A DNA stretch of 64,000 bases from Escherichia coli (GCF_003334335.1 NZ_QOWQ01000022.1); one strand, 5' to 3'. Positions 1-13,863 are shown, numbered from the stretch's first letter. Translations and numbers: made by a program. Notes: generated from the sequence alone by a model not told the origin.

Positions 1-90
1 TCCATAAATTAACCTTCATTTGATGCTGGATTGAACATATCAAAATCAGGCAATTACACAAATCTATGTACAGGCTCCTTTACGGGGAAA

Positions 91-831
91 TTAGAACATT
101 ACCTTATGACCGTACTGCTCAAGAATGCCTTTCACGCGTTCCATGGTCTCTTTCTTCGGTGGTTTAACACCGTCGAGTTTGTACTCTTCACCCATTGCCA
201 CCCATTTGTGTTTGCCCAGCTCGTGGTAGGGGAGAAGCTCGATTTTCTCAACGTTGCCCATATCACGGGTAAATTCACCGAGGCGATGCGCTGAATCGTC
301 ATCGTCAGACCAGCCTGGGACAACAACGTAGCGGATCCACACCTTCACATTTTTGTTCGCCAGATATTTAGCGAACTCCAGCGTGCGGTGGTTGGAAACT
401 CCAACCAGATTTTGGTGGATCTCGTCGTTCATCTGTTTGAGATCGAGCATTACCAGGTCGGTTACTTCCAGCAGTTCATCAATCACCGGATCGTAACGAC
501 GAACAAAACCGTTGGTGTCCAGACAGGTATGAATGCCTTCTTTTTTGCAGGCGCGGAACCAGTCACGAACAAACTCAGCTTGCAGGATTGCTTCACCGCC
601 GGATGCGGTAACGCCGCCGCCGGAAGCGTTCATAAAGTGGCGATAGGTCACCACTTCCTTCATCAAATCTTCAACGGTAACTTCTTTACCGCCATGCGTG
701 TCCCAGGTGTCGCGGTTATGACAATACAGGCAGCGCATCAGGCAGCCCTGGAAAAAGGTGATAAAGCGAATACCTGGGCCGTCTACGGTTCCACAGGATT
801 CAAAGGAGTGAATGCGACCAATAACTGACAT
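91..831 (-). CDS. pflA: pyruvate formate-lyase activating enzyme (radical SAM); start set at [10 protein letters not shown], 9 codons inside the longest ORF
   Basis: ORF 91..858(-); CxxxCxxC radical-SAM motif ([10 protein letters not shown]) visible; position downstream of pflB. Confidence 0.93.
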   Translation of the reverse strand: MSVIGRIHSFESCGTVDGPGIRFITFFQGCLMRCLYCHNRDTWDTHGGKEVTVEDLMKEVVTYRHFMNASGGGVTASGGEAILQAEFVRDWFRACKKEGIHTCLDTNGFVRRYDPVIDELLEVTDLVMLDLKQMNDEIHQNLVGVSNHRTLEFAKYLANKNVKVWIRYVVVPGWSDDDDSAHRLGEFTRDMGNVEKIELLPYHELGKHKWVAMGEEYKLDGVKPPKKETMERVKGILEQYGHKVMF

Positions 832-954
832 TGCGGTGTTTCTCCAGATGTGGCCCATCTGAGGCCGTGTTGGTGCGCAGCTCGAAGGCTACGTCGAGTC
901 TGTTTTGGCAGTCACCTTAAAGTATAGATAGCTGACAAAAAAGGCTCTCGCGCT

Positions 955-982
955 AAAAAAGGCCCCACTTTCGTGGAGCCTT
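955..982 (-). terminator. putative intrinsic terminator downstream of pflB
   Basis: minus-strand hairpin GGCUCCAC-GAAA-GUGGGGCC followed by U-run, just 3' of the pflB stop. Confidence 0.6.
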
Positions 983-1022
983 TATTGTACGCTTTTTACT
1001 GTACGATTTCAGTCAAATCTAA

Positions 1023-3305
<2,283 letters not shown>

Positions 3306-3359
3306 GTAACACCTACCTTCTTAAGTGGATTTTTTATTTACTGCGTACTTCGACAACCA

Positions 3360-4217
3360 TTAATGGTGGTCGTTTTCACGCAGGTAAATGACCCAGTATG
3401 TCAACCCAACCAACAAACCACCACCGATAATGTTGCCGATCGTAACCGGAATCAGGTTATCAGTGATGAAATTCATCACGGTCAGGTGAGAAAAATTTTC
3501 CGGTGCAGAACCGACTGCGGTCCAAAATTCCGGGGATGCGAAGTCGCGGATTACAATACCCATCGGGATCATAAACATGTTTGCGATACTGTGCTCAAAA
3601 CCGCTGGCAACAAACATCGCGACCGGCAGCACCATAATGAACGCTTTGTCCATCAGGCTGCGGCCAGAATAACTCATCCATACTGCCAGACATACCATCA
3701 GGTTTGCCAGGATACCAAGACAGACGGCCTCAATAAAAGTATGGTGCACTTTGTGGTCGGCGGTTTGTAGGACGTTTAGTCCCCATTGACCATTTGCGGT
3801 CATATACTCGCCGGAAAGCCACATTAAAAGTACAAACAGCAGTGCGCCGACCAGGTTGCCAAAATAGACATTTAGCCAGTTTTTCGCCAACTGACCCCAG
3901 GTGATGCGCCCACTCGCCTTAGCAACAACAATCAACACGGTGGAAGTAAAGAGATCGGCTCCGCAGACAACACAAAGAATCAGCCCCAGAGAGAAGCAAA
4001 TGCCGCCAACCAGTTTTGCCATGCCGAAGGGCATTGTGCCTGTGCCAGTGGTTGCTGTGATATAGAAGACGAATGCGATTGAGATGAAAACACCGGCGGT
4101 AATCGCCAGATAGAAAGTCTTAAGCGGATGTTTCGTTGCTTTATAGACACCCGCCTCTTCGGCCACTTTGGCCATTGCAGCAGGAAGTAAAAGATCAAAA
4201 GGGTTGTCAGCTTTCAC
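3360..4217 (-). CDS. focA: formate channel FocA (FNT family), 285 aa, GTG start
   Basis: ORF 3360..4391(-) trimmed to the GTG (cac at 4215-4217 on + strand) preceding KADNPFDLL; polytopic membrane protein. Confidence 0.88.
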   Translation of the reverse strand: MKADNPFDLLLPAAMAKVAEEAGVYKATKHPLKTFYLAITAGVFISIAFVFYITATTGTGTMPFGMAKLVGGICFSLGLILCVVCGADLFTSTVLIVVAKASGRITWGQLAKNWLNVYFGNLVGALLFVLLMWLSGEYMTANGQWGLNVLQTADHKVHHTFIEAVCLGILANLMVCLAVWMSYSGRSLMDKAFIMVLPVAMFVASGFEHSIANMFMIPMGIVIRDFASPEFWTAVGSAPENFSHLTVMNFITDNLIPVTIGNIIGGGLLVGLTYWVIYLRENDHH

Positions 4218-4276
4218 ACTAACTCTCTCTTTATTAAGTCGGCGACGAGATACTAACAAAGCATTATAGATGAGAA

Positions 4277-4290
4277 ATTGATATAGATCA
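4277..4290 (-). promoter_or_regulatory. FNR-type box TTGAT-N4-ATCAt in the focA-pflB promoter region
   Basis: TTGATATAGATCAT about 60 bp upstream of the focA GTG; 9/10 match to the TTGAT-N4-ATCAA consensus; AT-rich surroundings. Confidence 0.55.
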
Positions 4291-4622
4291 TATCTCGCCT
4301 GGCTTATAGGCCCGTAACTCGCATGGTTTTTATGCAAATACGGAGTAAATATTTGATTATCCAAATAAAAATAAATTTTAAAAATTAACAAATGAGTTGA
4401 ATTTTTTCCGCATCCTCCGCTAAAACAGTTAATTAAAAGGGAGCATCAGGCGAATAAAGTAACAATATCGATCGTATTTATTAAATACAAATTACCGATA
4501 TTTAACCTTATAATTACAATTATTTTATTAATGCAAATATATGTAAAGCGGGGCATTAAAAAAACGCCCCGTAATATAACTCAGACTAATCATTAAGCCT
4601 ACATTGCGTAGGCTATTTGATT

Positions 4623-6383
4623 TTATTTTGCCCAGAATGCTGCTTTGGCGCGCTGCAGCTTTTCGTAGGCCTTCAACAACGACTGATGTGCAGCAAACGC
4701 GTGCAGATCGCTATCTACCGGTTGCAGGCCGTAAAACGCCGCTTCGCCGCTCATTGCCGCACTGGCGGCTTCTACGGCATCTGCGCCGTACATGCGAACA
4801 AACGCATTCAGATATTGCAGCGGCTGGCGATCTTCTTCCTGTGCCAGTAATAACAACGTTTGCAGGCAGCGATAATAGTTGGCGCGTTCCGGACTAAATA
4901 CTGATGAGTTAAACTCCATCGTCCATTCGGTCCAGACCAGAGCCTGTTCCAGATCGCCACCAGCCAGCGCCAGCATGGCTTTTAATTCACCGATACGCAG
5001 GGTGTACCAACCGTTATCCGACCCGGTCGCCAGACCCAACAGCTCACGCACGCGGGTAAAGTCATCAAAACCTTCTTCATCCAGTTGCTCGATGAGGTTC
5101 AGGTAATCTTCTTTTTCCCACTCGCTGCCTGGTAGCGAAAGAATCGTTTCACGTAAATGGCTGCCCATACTGTTATTCGCGAGCCACAGATCTTCAGCCG
5201 GATAAATATCGGACATGCCAGGCACGATAATACGGCAAGCATAAACGCCCAGATGCTCGTAATCGGCAATATAAACTTCTTTATCTTCTTTGTTGAAGAT
5301 AGCCATCAGTGTGGCGAACTCTTCTTCCGTGGTGCCGGAGAAATTCCAGTCCACAAACGGATAATCGGCATCCTGCTTGAACAGGTCCCAGGAGATTAAA
5401 CCGCTGGAATCGATAAAGTGCGTTTCGAGGTTGGTATGTTCAGCGACTTCTTCATCATCGAAGGTTGGCGGAGTAAACACATCCAAATCTTTCAGGCCAC
5501 GACCTTGCAGCAGCTCGGTCACGGTACGTTCCAGTGCTACGCCAAAATCAGGATGCGCACCGAAAGAGGCAAAGCAGGTACCGTTAGCAGGATTGAACAG
5601 TACCACGCAAATCACCGGATACTGGCCGCCAAGCGAACCGTCATAAGCGAAGATTGGGAAACCCTCCGCTTCCAGCGTTTCGATGGCTTCAACTACTGCT
5701 GGGTAACGCGCCAGCACGTCTGCCGGGATCTCTGGCAGGCTGATGCTTTCAGCAATAATGCGGTTTTTCACGTAGCGTTCGAAAACTTCAGACAATCCCT
5801 GAACGCGTGCTTCGTTGCGGGTATTACCTGCGGACATACCGTTGGAGACGTACAGGTTACCAATGATATTCATCGGAATATAAACGGTCTGATTGTCGGA
5901 CTGACGCGTAAACGGCAGGCCGCAAATACCACGATCTTCGTTACCGGATTGTAGGTCAATCAGCATGCTGCCGGTCAGTTCATTCTCCGGATCATAAAAC
6001 GCGCGCAGACGGTCATCGAGCAGCCCTTCTGGCACATCGTCATTTTCGGTCAGTGGGAACCATTTTTCGTTGGGATAATGCACGAACGGACCGTTGGCGA
6101 TGGTTTCGCCCAGCCAGAAGTCCGCAAAAAAGTAGTTGGTTGAGAGACGCTCGAAATATTCACCGAGTGCAGAAGCCAGCGCCGCTTTCTTGGTTGCGCC
6201 TTTACCGTTGGTAAAACACAGTGCGCACTCTTTGTCGCGAATATGTACAGACCAGACGTTAGGCACGGGATTCAGCCAGGAGGCCTCTTCAATCTGAAAG
6301 CCGAGGTCTGAAAGTTTTTGCTGGAAGCGAGCGATGGAATCTTCCAGAGCGGCATCTTTGCCGGGGATAAATGTTTGCGTCAT
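4623..6383 (-). CDS. ycaO: YcaO-domain ATP-dependent enzyme, 586 aa
   Basis: ORF 4623..6416(-) trimmed to MTQTFIPGKD; divergent from ycaP. Confidence 0.9.
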   Translation of the reverse strand: MTQTFIPGKDAALEDSIARFQQKLSDLGFQIEEASWLNPVPNVWSVHIRDKECALCFTNGKGATKKAALASALGEYFERLSTNYFFADFWLGETIANGPFVHYPNEKWFPLTENDDVPEGLLDDRLRAFYDPENELTGSMLIDLQSGNEDRGICGLPFTRQSDNQTVYIPMNIIGNLYVSNGMSAGNTRNEARVQGLSEVFERYVKNRIIAESISLPEIPADVLARYPAVVEAIETLEAEGFPIFAYDGSLGGQYPVICVVLFNPANGTCFASFGAHPDFGVALERTVTELLQGRGLKDLDVFTPPTFDDEEVAEHTNLETHFIDSSGLISWDLFKQDADYPFVDWNFSGTTEEEFATLMAIFNKEDKEVYIADYEHLGVYACRIIVPGMSDIYPAEDLWLANNSMGSHLRETILSLPGSEWEKEDYLNLIEQLDEEGFDDFTRVRELLGLATGSDNGWYTLRIGELKAMLALAGGDLEQALVWTEWTMEFNSSVFSPERANYYRCLQTLLLLAQEEDRQPLQYLNAFVRMYGADAVEAASAAMSGEAAFYGLQPVDSDLHAFAAHQSLLKAYEKLQRAKAAFWAK

Positions 6384-6512
6384 GAAAATCACTTTAGTCG
6401 TACGGAAAGCGCGCAATAATACGGGTTTTATCTCAAAGGCGCTATCACCGCCGCCATGCCGATGAACTGTTGACTATGCTTTTAGCGGATAAACCACGTT
6501 AAGAGCATAAAA

Positions 6513-7205
6513 ATGAAGGCGTTCGATCTCCACCGTATGGCATTTGATAAAGTGCCTTTTGATTTCCTTGGCGAAGTTGCACTACGTAGTCTTTATACCT
6601 TTGTACTGGTCTTTTTGTTCCTCAAAATGACCGGAAGACGCGGTGTGCGGCAGATGTCGCTGTTTGAAGTTTTAATCATTCTGACGCTGGGATCAGCGGC
6701 GGGAGATGTGGCGTTTTATGATGATGTGCCGATGGTCCCGGTACTTATCGTCTTTATTACTCTGGCGTTGTTATACCGCCTGGTAATGTGGTTGATGGCG
6801 CACAGTGAAAAACTGGAAGATCTTCTGGAAGGCAAGCCAGTTGTCATTATTGAAGATGGCGAGCTGGCCTGGTCGAAACTCAATAACTCCAACATGACGG
6901 AATTTGAGTTCTTTATGGAGCTACGATTGCGTGGCGTGGAGCAGCTGGGGCAGGTACGTCTGGCGATTCTCGAAACCAACGGGCAAATCAGTGTCTATTT
7001 CTTTGAAGATGACAAGGTGAAACCGGGTTTACTTATTTTACCCAGTGATTGTACGCAGCGTTACAAAGTGGTGCCGGAGTCGGCGGACTATGCCTGTATT
7101 CGTTGTAGTGAAATCATTCATATGAAAGCGGGGGAAAAACAATTATGTCCGCGCTGTGCAAATCCAGAATGGACGAAGGCAAGTCGGGCAAAACGGGTGA
7201 CCTGA
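6513..7205 (+). CDS. ycaP: DUF421-family inner membrane protein with C-terminal CxxC...CxxC motif
   Basis: ORF 6513..7205(+), 230 aa; hydrophobic N-terminal half; CIRCSE...CPRCANP near C-terminus. Confidence 0.85.
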   Translation: MKAFDLHRMAFDKVPFDFLGEVALRSLYTFVLVFLFLKMTGRRGVRQMSLFEVLIILTLGSAAGDVAFYDDVPMVPVLIVFITLALLYRLVMWLMAHSEKLEDLLEGKPVVIIEDGELAWSKLNNSNMTEFEFFMELRLRGVEQLGQVRLAILETNGQISVYFFEDDKVKPGLLILPSDCTQRYKVVPESADYACIRCSEIIHMKAGEKQLCPRCANPEWTKASRAKRVT

Positions 7206-7403
7206 CAGTAAAAACATCGGCTTTTTGCTAATAATCCGAGAGATTCTTTTGTGTGATGCAAGCCACATTTTTGCCCTCAACGGTTTTACTCATTGCGATG
7301 TGTGTCACTGAATGATAAAACCGATAGCCACAGGAATAATGTATTACCTGTGGTCGCAATCGATTGACCGCGGGTTAATAGCAACGCAACGTGGTGAGGG
7401 GAA

Positions 7404-8492
7404 ATGGCTCAAATCTTCAATTTTAGTTCTGGTCCGGCAATGCTACCGGCAGAGGTGCTTAAACAGGCTCAACAGGAACTGCGCGACTGGAACGGTCTTG
7501 GTACGTCGGTGATGGAAGTGAGTCACCGTGGCAAAGAGTTCATTCAGGTTGCAGAGGAAGCCGAGAAGGATTTTCGCGATCTTCTTAATGTCCCCTCCAA
7601 CTACAAGGTATTATTCTGCCATGGCGGTGGTCGCGGTCAGTTTGCTGCGGTACCGCTGAATATTCTCGGTGATAAAACCACCGCAGATTATGTTGATGCC
7701 GGTTACTGGGCGGCAAGTGCCATTAAAGAAGCGAAAAAATACTGCACGCCTAATGTCTTTGACGCCAAAGTGACTGTTGATGGTCTGCGCGCGGTTAAGC
7801 CAATGCGTGAATGGCAACTCTCTGATAATGCTGCTTATATGCATTATTGCCCGAATGAAACCATCGATGGTATCGCCATCGACGAAACGCCAGACTTCGG
7901 CGCAGATGTGGTGGTCGCCGCTGACTTCTCTTCAACCATTCTTTCCCGTCCGATTGACGTCAGCCGTTATGGTGTAATTTACGCTGGCGCGCAGAAAAAT
8001 ATCGGCCCGGCTGGCCTGACAATCGTCATCGTTCGTGAAGATTTGCTGGGCAAAGCGAATATCGCGTGTCCGTCGATTCTGGATTATTCCATCCTCAACG
8101 ATAACGGCTCCATGTTTAACACGCCGCCGACATTTGCCTGGTATCTATCTGGTCTGGTCTTTAAATGGCTGAAAGCGAACGGCGGTGTAGCTGAAATGGA
8201 TAAAATCAATCAGCAAAAAGCAGAACTGCTATATGGGGTGATTGATAACAGCGATTTCTACCGCAATGACGTGGCGAAAGCTAACCGTTCGCGGATGAAC
8301 GTGCCGTTCCAGTTGGCGGACAGTGCGCTTGACAAATTGTTCCTTGAAGAGTCTTTTGCTGCTGGCCTTCATGCACTGAAAGGTCACCGTGTGGTCGGCG
8401 GAATGCGCGCTTCTATTTATAACGCCATGCCGCTGGAAGGCGTTAAAGCGCTGACAGACTTCATGGTTGAGTTCGAACGCCGTCACGGTTAA
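7404..8492 (+). CDS. serC: phosphoserine aminotransferase, 362 aa
   Basis: ORF 7404..8492(+); [16 protein letters not shown]-terminus; upstream of aroA. Confidence 0.97.
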   Translation: MAQIFNFSSGPAMLPAEVLKQAQQELRDWNGLGTSVMEVSHRGKEFIQVAEEAEKDFRDLLNVPSNYKVLFCHGGGRGQFAAVPLNILGDKTTADYVDAGYWAASAIKEAKKYCTPNVFDAKVTVDGLRAVKPMREWQLSDNAAYMHYCPNETIDGIAIDETPDFGADVVVAADFSSTILSRPIDVSRYGVIYAGAQKNIGPAGLTIVIVREDLLGKANIACPSILDYSILNDNGSMFNTPPTFAWYLSGLVFKWLKANGGVAEMDKINQQKAELLYGVIDNSDFYRNDVAKANRSRMNVPFQLADSALDKLFLEESFAAGLHALKGHRVVGGMRASIYNAMPLEGVKALTDFMVEFERRHG

Positions 8493-8511
8493 TGCCGAAA
8501 TTTTGCTTAAT

Positions 8512-8541
8512 CCCCACAGCCAGCCTGTGGGGTTTTTATTT
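8512..8541 (+). terminator. hairpin plus T-run between serC and aroA (attenuator or terminator)
   Basis: CCCCACAG-CCAGC-CTGTGGGG followed by TTTTTATTT. Confidence 0.65.
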
Positions 8542-8562
8542 CTGTTGTAGAGAGTTGAGTTC

Positions 8563-9846
8563 ATGGAATCCCTGACGTTACAACCCATCGCTCGTGTCGA
8601 TGGCACTATTAATCTGCCCGGTTCCAAGAGCGTTTCTAACCGCGCTTTATTGCTGGCGGCATTAGCACACGGCAAAACAGTATTAACCAATCTGCTGGAT
8701 AGCGATGACGTGCGCCATATGCTGAATGCATTAACAGCGTTAGGGGTAAGCTATACGCTTTCAGCCGATCGTACGCGTTGCGAAATTATCGGTAACGGCG
8801 GTCCATTACACGCAGAAGGTGCCCTGGAGTTGTTCCTCGGTAACGCCGGAACGGCAATGCGTCCGCTGGCGGCAGCTCTTTGTCTGGGTAGCAATGATAT
8901 TGTGCTGACCGGTGAGCCGCGTATGAAAGAACGCCCGATTGGTCATCTGGTGGATGCGCTGCGCCTGGGCGGGGCGAAGATCACTTACCTGGAACAAGAA
9001 AATTATCCGCCGTTGCGTTTACAGGGCGGCTTTACTGGCGGCAACGTTGACGTTGATGGCTCCGTTTCCAGCCAATTCCTCACCGCACTGTTAATGACTG
9101 CGCCTCTTGCGCCGGAAGATACGGTGATTCGTATTAAAGGCGATCTGGTTTCTAAACCTTATATCGACATCACACTCAATCTGATGAAGACGTTTGGTGT
9201 TGAAATTGAAAATCAGCACTATCAACAATTTGTCGTAAAAGGCGGGCAGTCTTATCAGTCTCCGGGTACTTATTTGGTCGAAGGCGATGCATCTTCGGCT
9301 TCTTACTTTCTGGCAGCAGCAGCAATCAAAGGCGGCACTGTAAAAGTGACCGGTATTGGACGTAACAGTATGCAGGGTGATATTCGCTTTGCTGATGTGC
9401 TGGAAAAAATGGGCGCGACCATTTGCTGGGGCGATGATTATATTTCCTGCACGCGTGGTGAACTGAACGCTATTGATATGGATATGAACCATATTCCTGA
9501 TGCGGCGATGACCATTGCCACGGCGGCGTTATTTGCAAAAGGCACCACCACGCTGCGCAATATCTATAACTGGCGTGTTAAAGAGACCGATCGCCTGTTT
9601 GCGATGGCAACAGAACTGCGTAAAGTCGGCGCGGAAGTGGAAGAGGGGCACGATTACATTCGTATCACTCCTCCGGAAAAACTGAACTTTGCCGAGATCG
9701 CGACATACAATGATCACCGGATGGCGATGTGTTTCTCGCTGGTGGCGTTGTCAGATACACCAGTGACGATTCTTGATCCCAAATGCACGGCCAAAACATT
9801 TCCGGATTATTTCGAGCAGCTGGCGCGGATTAGCCAGGCAGCCTGA
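8563..9846 (+). CDS. aroA: 3-phosphoshikimate 1-carboxyvinyltransferase (EPSP synthase), 427 aa
   Basis: ORF 8563..9846(+); [24 protein letters not shown]-terminus. Confidence 0.97.
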   Translation: MESLTLQPIARVDGTINLPGSKSVSNRALLLAALAHGKTVLTNLLDSDDVRHMLNALTALGVSYTLSADRTRCEIIGNGGPLHAEGALELFLGNAGTAMRPLAAALCLGSNDIVLTGEPRMKERPIGHLVDALRLGGAKITYLEQENYPPLRLQGGFTGGNVDVDGSVSSQFLTALLMTAPLAPEDTVIRIKGDLVSKPYIDITLNLMKTFGVEIENQHYQQFVVKGGQSYQSPGTYLVEGDASSASYFLAAAAIKGGTVKVTGIGRNSMQGDIRFADVLEKMGATICWGDDYISCTRGELNAIDMDMNHIPDAAMTIATAALFAKGTTTLRNIYNWRVKETDRLFAMATELRKVGAEVEEGHDYIRITPPEKLNFAEIATYNDHRMAMCFSLVALSDTPVTILDPKCTAKTFPDYFEQLARISQAA

Positions 9847-9886
9847 ATGAACAACGGGCAATAAATAGCCAAATCTTTCTTTATCA

Positions 9887-9917
9887 AAACGTCGGCACAT
9901 TGTCGGCGTTTTTTTTC
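9887..9917 (+). terminator. putative intrinsic terminator after aroA
   Basis: imperfect hairpin AACGUCGGCAC...GUCGGCGUU followed by eight T. Confidence 0.5.
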
Positions 9918-10014
9918 GGACCTTGTGAGTCATTTTGATTAATGGTAGCGTCGCTTGTCAATGTAAGTTGTTGATACATAATATTTATATATGATTAATC
10001 AACGGATGATTCAC

Positions 10015-10779
10015 ATGAAGAATACTAAATTACTGCTGGCGATTGCGACCTCTGCAGCATTACTGACAGGGTGTCAAAATACCCACGGTATTGATACCAA
10101 TATGGCTATCAGCTCCGGTTTAAATGCCTATAAAGCAGCAACATTAAGCGATGCCGATGCAAAAGCGATTGCCAATCAGGGCTGTGCCGAAATGGACAGC
10201 GGCAATCAAGTCGCAAGTAAATCCAGCAAGTACGGTAAACGTCTGGCAAAAATCGCCAAAGCATTGGGTAACAATATTAATGGCACGCCGGTCAACTATA
10301 AGGTTTATATGACCAGCGACGTCAACGCATGGGCGATGGCGAACGGCTGTGTTCGTGTCTACAGTGGCCTGATGGACATGATGAATGACAACGAAATTGA
10401 AGGCGTTCTGGGCCATGAACTGGGCCACGTCGCGTTGGGTCACTCGCTGGCTGAAATGAAAGCTTCTTATGCGATCGTTGCCGCACGCGATGCCATTTCA
10501 GCTACCAGCGGTGTGGCTTCCCAGCTTTCCCGCTCACAATTAGGTGATATCGCAGAAGGCGCTATCAATGCTAAATACTCCCGTGATAAAGAGTCCGAAG
10601 CAGATGATTTCTCCTTTGATCTGTTGAAGAAACGTGGCATCAGCACCCAGGGGCTGGTTGGCAGCTTTGAAAAACTGGCTAGCCTGGATGGCGGTCGCAC
10701 CCAGTCCATGTTTGACTCTCACCCACCATCAACAGAGCGTGCGCAACACATCCGTGATCGTATCGCCTCTGGTAAGTAA
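10015..10779 (+). CDS. ycaL: M48-family metalloprotease lipoprotein (HExxH: GHELGHVALGH), 254 aa
   Basis: ORF 9991..10779(+) trimmed to MKNTKLLLAIA; lipobox LTGC; HELGH zinc motif. Confidence 0.85.
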   Translation: MKNTKLLLAIATSAALLTGCQNTHGIDTNMAISSGLNAYKAATLSDADAKAIANQGCAEMDSGNQVASKSSKYGKRLAKIAKALGNNINGTPVNYKVYMTSDVNAWAMANGCVRVYSGLMDMMNDNEIEGVLGHELGHVALGHSLAEMKASYAIVAARDAISATSGVASQLSRSQLGDIAEGAINAKYSRDKESEADDFSFDLLKKRGISTQGLVGSFEKLASLDGGRTQSMFDSHPPSTERAQHIRDRIASGK

Positions 10780-10951
10780 ATCATTGTCATCTTTCGGGCT
10801 GGTCTTCTGCCAGCCCGCTATAATTGCGCAATAAATCCCCATCTGAATACAGACAAAACTGGTTTTTGCACACAACGTTAACGATTTGTGGCGTCGGCGC
10901 GTATAATGCGCGCGGTTATGTTAACGGTACGCCTGTTTTAAGGAGATAAAG

Positions 10952-11635
10952 ATGACGGCAATTGCCCCGGTTATTACCATTGATGGCCCAAGCGGTGCAG
11001 GGAAAGGCACCTTGTGTAAGGCTATGGCGGAAGCGTTGCAATGGCATCTGCTGGACTCGGGTGCAATTTATCGCGTACTGGCATTGGCGGCATTACATCA
11101 CCATGTTGATGTTGCGTCGGAAGATGCGCTGGTACCGCTGGCATCCCATCTGGATGTACGTTTTGTGTCGACCAATGGCAATCTGGAAGTGATCCTCGAA
11201 GGGGAAGATGTCAGCGGCGAAATTCGTACTCAGGAAGTGGCGAATGCAGCTTCACAAGTCGCGGCATTCCCACGCGTTCGTGAAGCATTATTGCGTCGCC
11301 AACGCGCGTTTCGCGAATTACCAGGTCTGATTGCCGATGGCCGCGACATGGGAACGGTGGTATTCCCTGATGCACCAGTGAAAATTTTCCTTGACGCCTC
11401 CTCGGAAGAACGTGCGCATCGCCGCATGCTACAGTTGCAGGAGAAGGGCTTTAGTGTTAACTTTGAGCGCCTTTTGGCCGAGATCAAAGAACGCGACGAC
11501 CGCGATCGTAACCGAGCGGTAGCGCCACTGGTTCCGGCAGCCGATGCTTTAGTGTTGGATTCCACCACCTTAAGCATTGAGCAAGTGATTGAAAAAGCGC
11601 TACAATACGCGCGCCAGAAATTGGCTCTCGCATAA
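10952..11635 (+). CDS. cmk: cytidylate kinase, 227 aa
   Basis: ORF 10952..11635(+); P-loop GPSGAGKGT; upstream of rpsA. Confidence 0.96.
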
Positions 11636-11745
11636 GCGACCGAATTTGCAGTACCCCCGTTGCAATGGAATGACAGCGGGTATGTTAAACAACCCCATCC
11701 GGCATGGAGCCAGGTGGACGTTAAATATAAACCTGAAGATTAAAC

Positions 11746-13419
11746 ATGACTGAATCTTTTGCTCAACTCTTTGAAGAGTCCTTAAAAGAAATCGAAACCC
11801 GCCCGGGTTCTATCGTTCGTGGCGTTGTTGTTGCTATCGACAAAGACGTAGTACTGGTTGACGCTGGTCTGAAATCTGAGTCCGCCATCCCGGCTGAGCA
11901 GTTCAAAAACGCCCAGGGCGAGCTGGAAATCCAGGTAGGTGACGAAGTTGACGTTGCTCTGGACGCAGTAGAAGACGGCTTCGGTGAAACTCTGCTGTCC
12001 CGTGAGAAAGCTAAACGTCACGAAGCCTGGATCACGCTGGAAAAAGCTTACGAAGATGCTGAAACTGTTACCGGTGTTATCAACGGCAAAGTTAAGGGCG
12101 GCTTCACTGTTGAGCTGAACGGTATTCGTGCGTTCCTGCCAGGTTCTCTGGTAGACGTTCGTCCGGTGCGTGACACTCTGCACTTGGAAGGCAAAGAGCT
12201 TGAATTTAAAGTAATCAAGCTGGATCAGAAGCGCAACAACGTTGTTGTTTCTCGTCGTGCCGTTATCGAATCCGAAAACAGCGCAGAGCGCGATCAGCTG
12301 CTGGAAAACCTGCAGGAAGGCATGGAAGTTAAAGGTATCGTTAAGAACCTCACTGACTACGGTGCATTCGTTGATCTGGGCGGCGTTGACGGCCTGCTGC
12401 ACATCACTGACATGGCCTGGAAACGCGTTAAGCATCCGAGCGAAATCGTCAACGTGGGCGACGAAATCACTGTTAAAGTGCTGAAGTTCGACCGCGAACG
12501 TACCCGTGTATCCCTGGGCCTGAAACAGCTGGGCGAAGATCCGTGGGTAGCTATCGCTAAACGTTATCCGGAAGGTACCAAACTGACTGGTCGCGTGACC
12601 AACCTGACCGACTACGGCTGCTTCGTTGAAATCGAAGAAGGCGTTGAAGGCTTGGTACACGTTTCCGAAATGGATTGGACCAACAAAAACATCCACCCGT
12701 CCAAAGTTGTTAACGTTGGCGATGTAGTGGAAGTTATGGTTCTGGATATCGACGAAGAACGTCGTCGTATCTCCCTGGGTCTGAAACAGTGCAAAGCTAA
12801 CCCGTGGCAGCAGTTCGCGGAAACCCACAACAAGGGCGACCGTGTTGAAGGTAAAATCAAGTCTATCACTGACTTCGGTATCTTCATCGGCCTGGACGGC
12901 GGCATCGACGGCCTGGTTCACCTGTCTGACATCTCCTGGAACGTTGCAGGCGAAGAAGCAGTTCGTGAATACAAAAAAGGCGACGAAATCGCTGCAGTTG
13001 TTCTGCAGGTTGACGCAGAACGTGAACGTATCTCCCTGGGCGTTAAACAGCTCGCAGAAGATCCGTTCAACAACTGGGTTGCTCTGAACAAGAAAGGCGC
13101 TATCGTAACCGGTAAAGTAACTGCAGTTGACGCTAAAGGCGCAACCGTAGAACTGGCTGACGGCGTTGAAGGTTACCTGCGTGCTTCTGAAGCATCCCGT
13201 GACCGCGTTGAAGACGCTACCCTGGTTCTGAGCGTTGGCGACGAAGTTGAAGCTAAATTCACCGGCGTTGATCGTAAAAACCGCGCAATCAGCCTGTCTG
13301 TTCGTGCGAAAGACGAAGCTGACGAGAAAGATGCAATCGCAACTGTTAACAAACAGGAAGATGCAAACTTCTCCAACAACGCAATGGCTGAAGCTTTCAA
13401 AGCAGCTAAAGGCGAGTAA
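11746..13419 (+). CDS. rpsA: 30S ribosomal protein S1, 557 aa
   Basis: ORF 11746..13419(+); repeated S1 domains; high-expression codon usage. Confidence 0.98.
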
Positions 13420-13578
13420 TTCTCTGACTCTTCGGGATTTTTATTCCGAAGTTTGTTGAGTTTACTTGACAGATTGCAGGTTTCGTCCTGTAATCAAGCA
13501 CTAAGGGCGGCTACGGCCGCCCTTAATCAATGCAGCAACAGCAGCCGCTTAATTTGCCTTTAAGGAACCGGAGGAATC

Positions 13579-13863
13579 ATGACCAAGTCAGAATTGATAG
13601 AAAGACTTGCCACCCAGCAATCGCACATTCCCGCCAAGACGGTTGAAGATGCAGTAAAAGAGATGCTGGAGCATATGGCCTCGACTCTTGCGCAGGGCGA
13701 GCGTATTGAAATCCGCGGTTTCGGCAGTTTCTCTTTGCACTACCGCGCACCACGTACCGGACGTAATCCGAAGACTGGCGATAAAGTAGAACTGGAAGGA
13801 AAATACGTTCCTCACTTTAAACCTGGTAAAGAACTGCGCGATCGCGCCAATATTTACGGTTAA
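13579..13863 (+). CDS. ihfB: integration host factor beta subunit, 94 aa
   Basis: ORF 13579..13863(+); [11 protein letters not shown]...; followed by terminator hairpin. Confidence 0.97.

Noticed and set aside
3360-4391. Longest-ORF starts that extend focA, asnS, pncB, ssuC, ssuA, ycaI, ycaL, pyrD, zapC and others at the N-terminus
   Set aside because: The extensions lack Shine-Dalgarno context or run into promoter/AT-rich sequence, and the conserved N-termini begin downstream; the internal starts were used instead.
11782-12921. 379-aa minus-strand ORF inside rpsA
   Set aside because: Antisense shadow ORF within the ribosomal protein S1 gene; the product is low-complexity with no recognisable domain.
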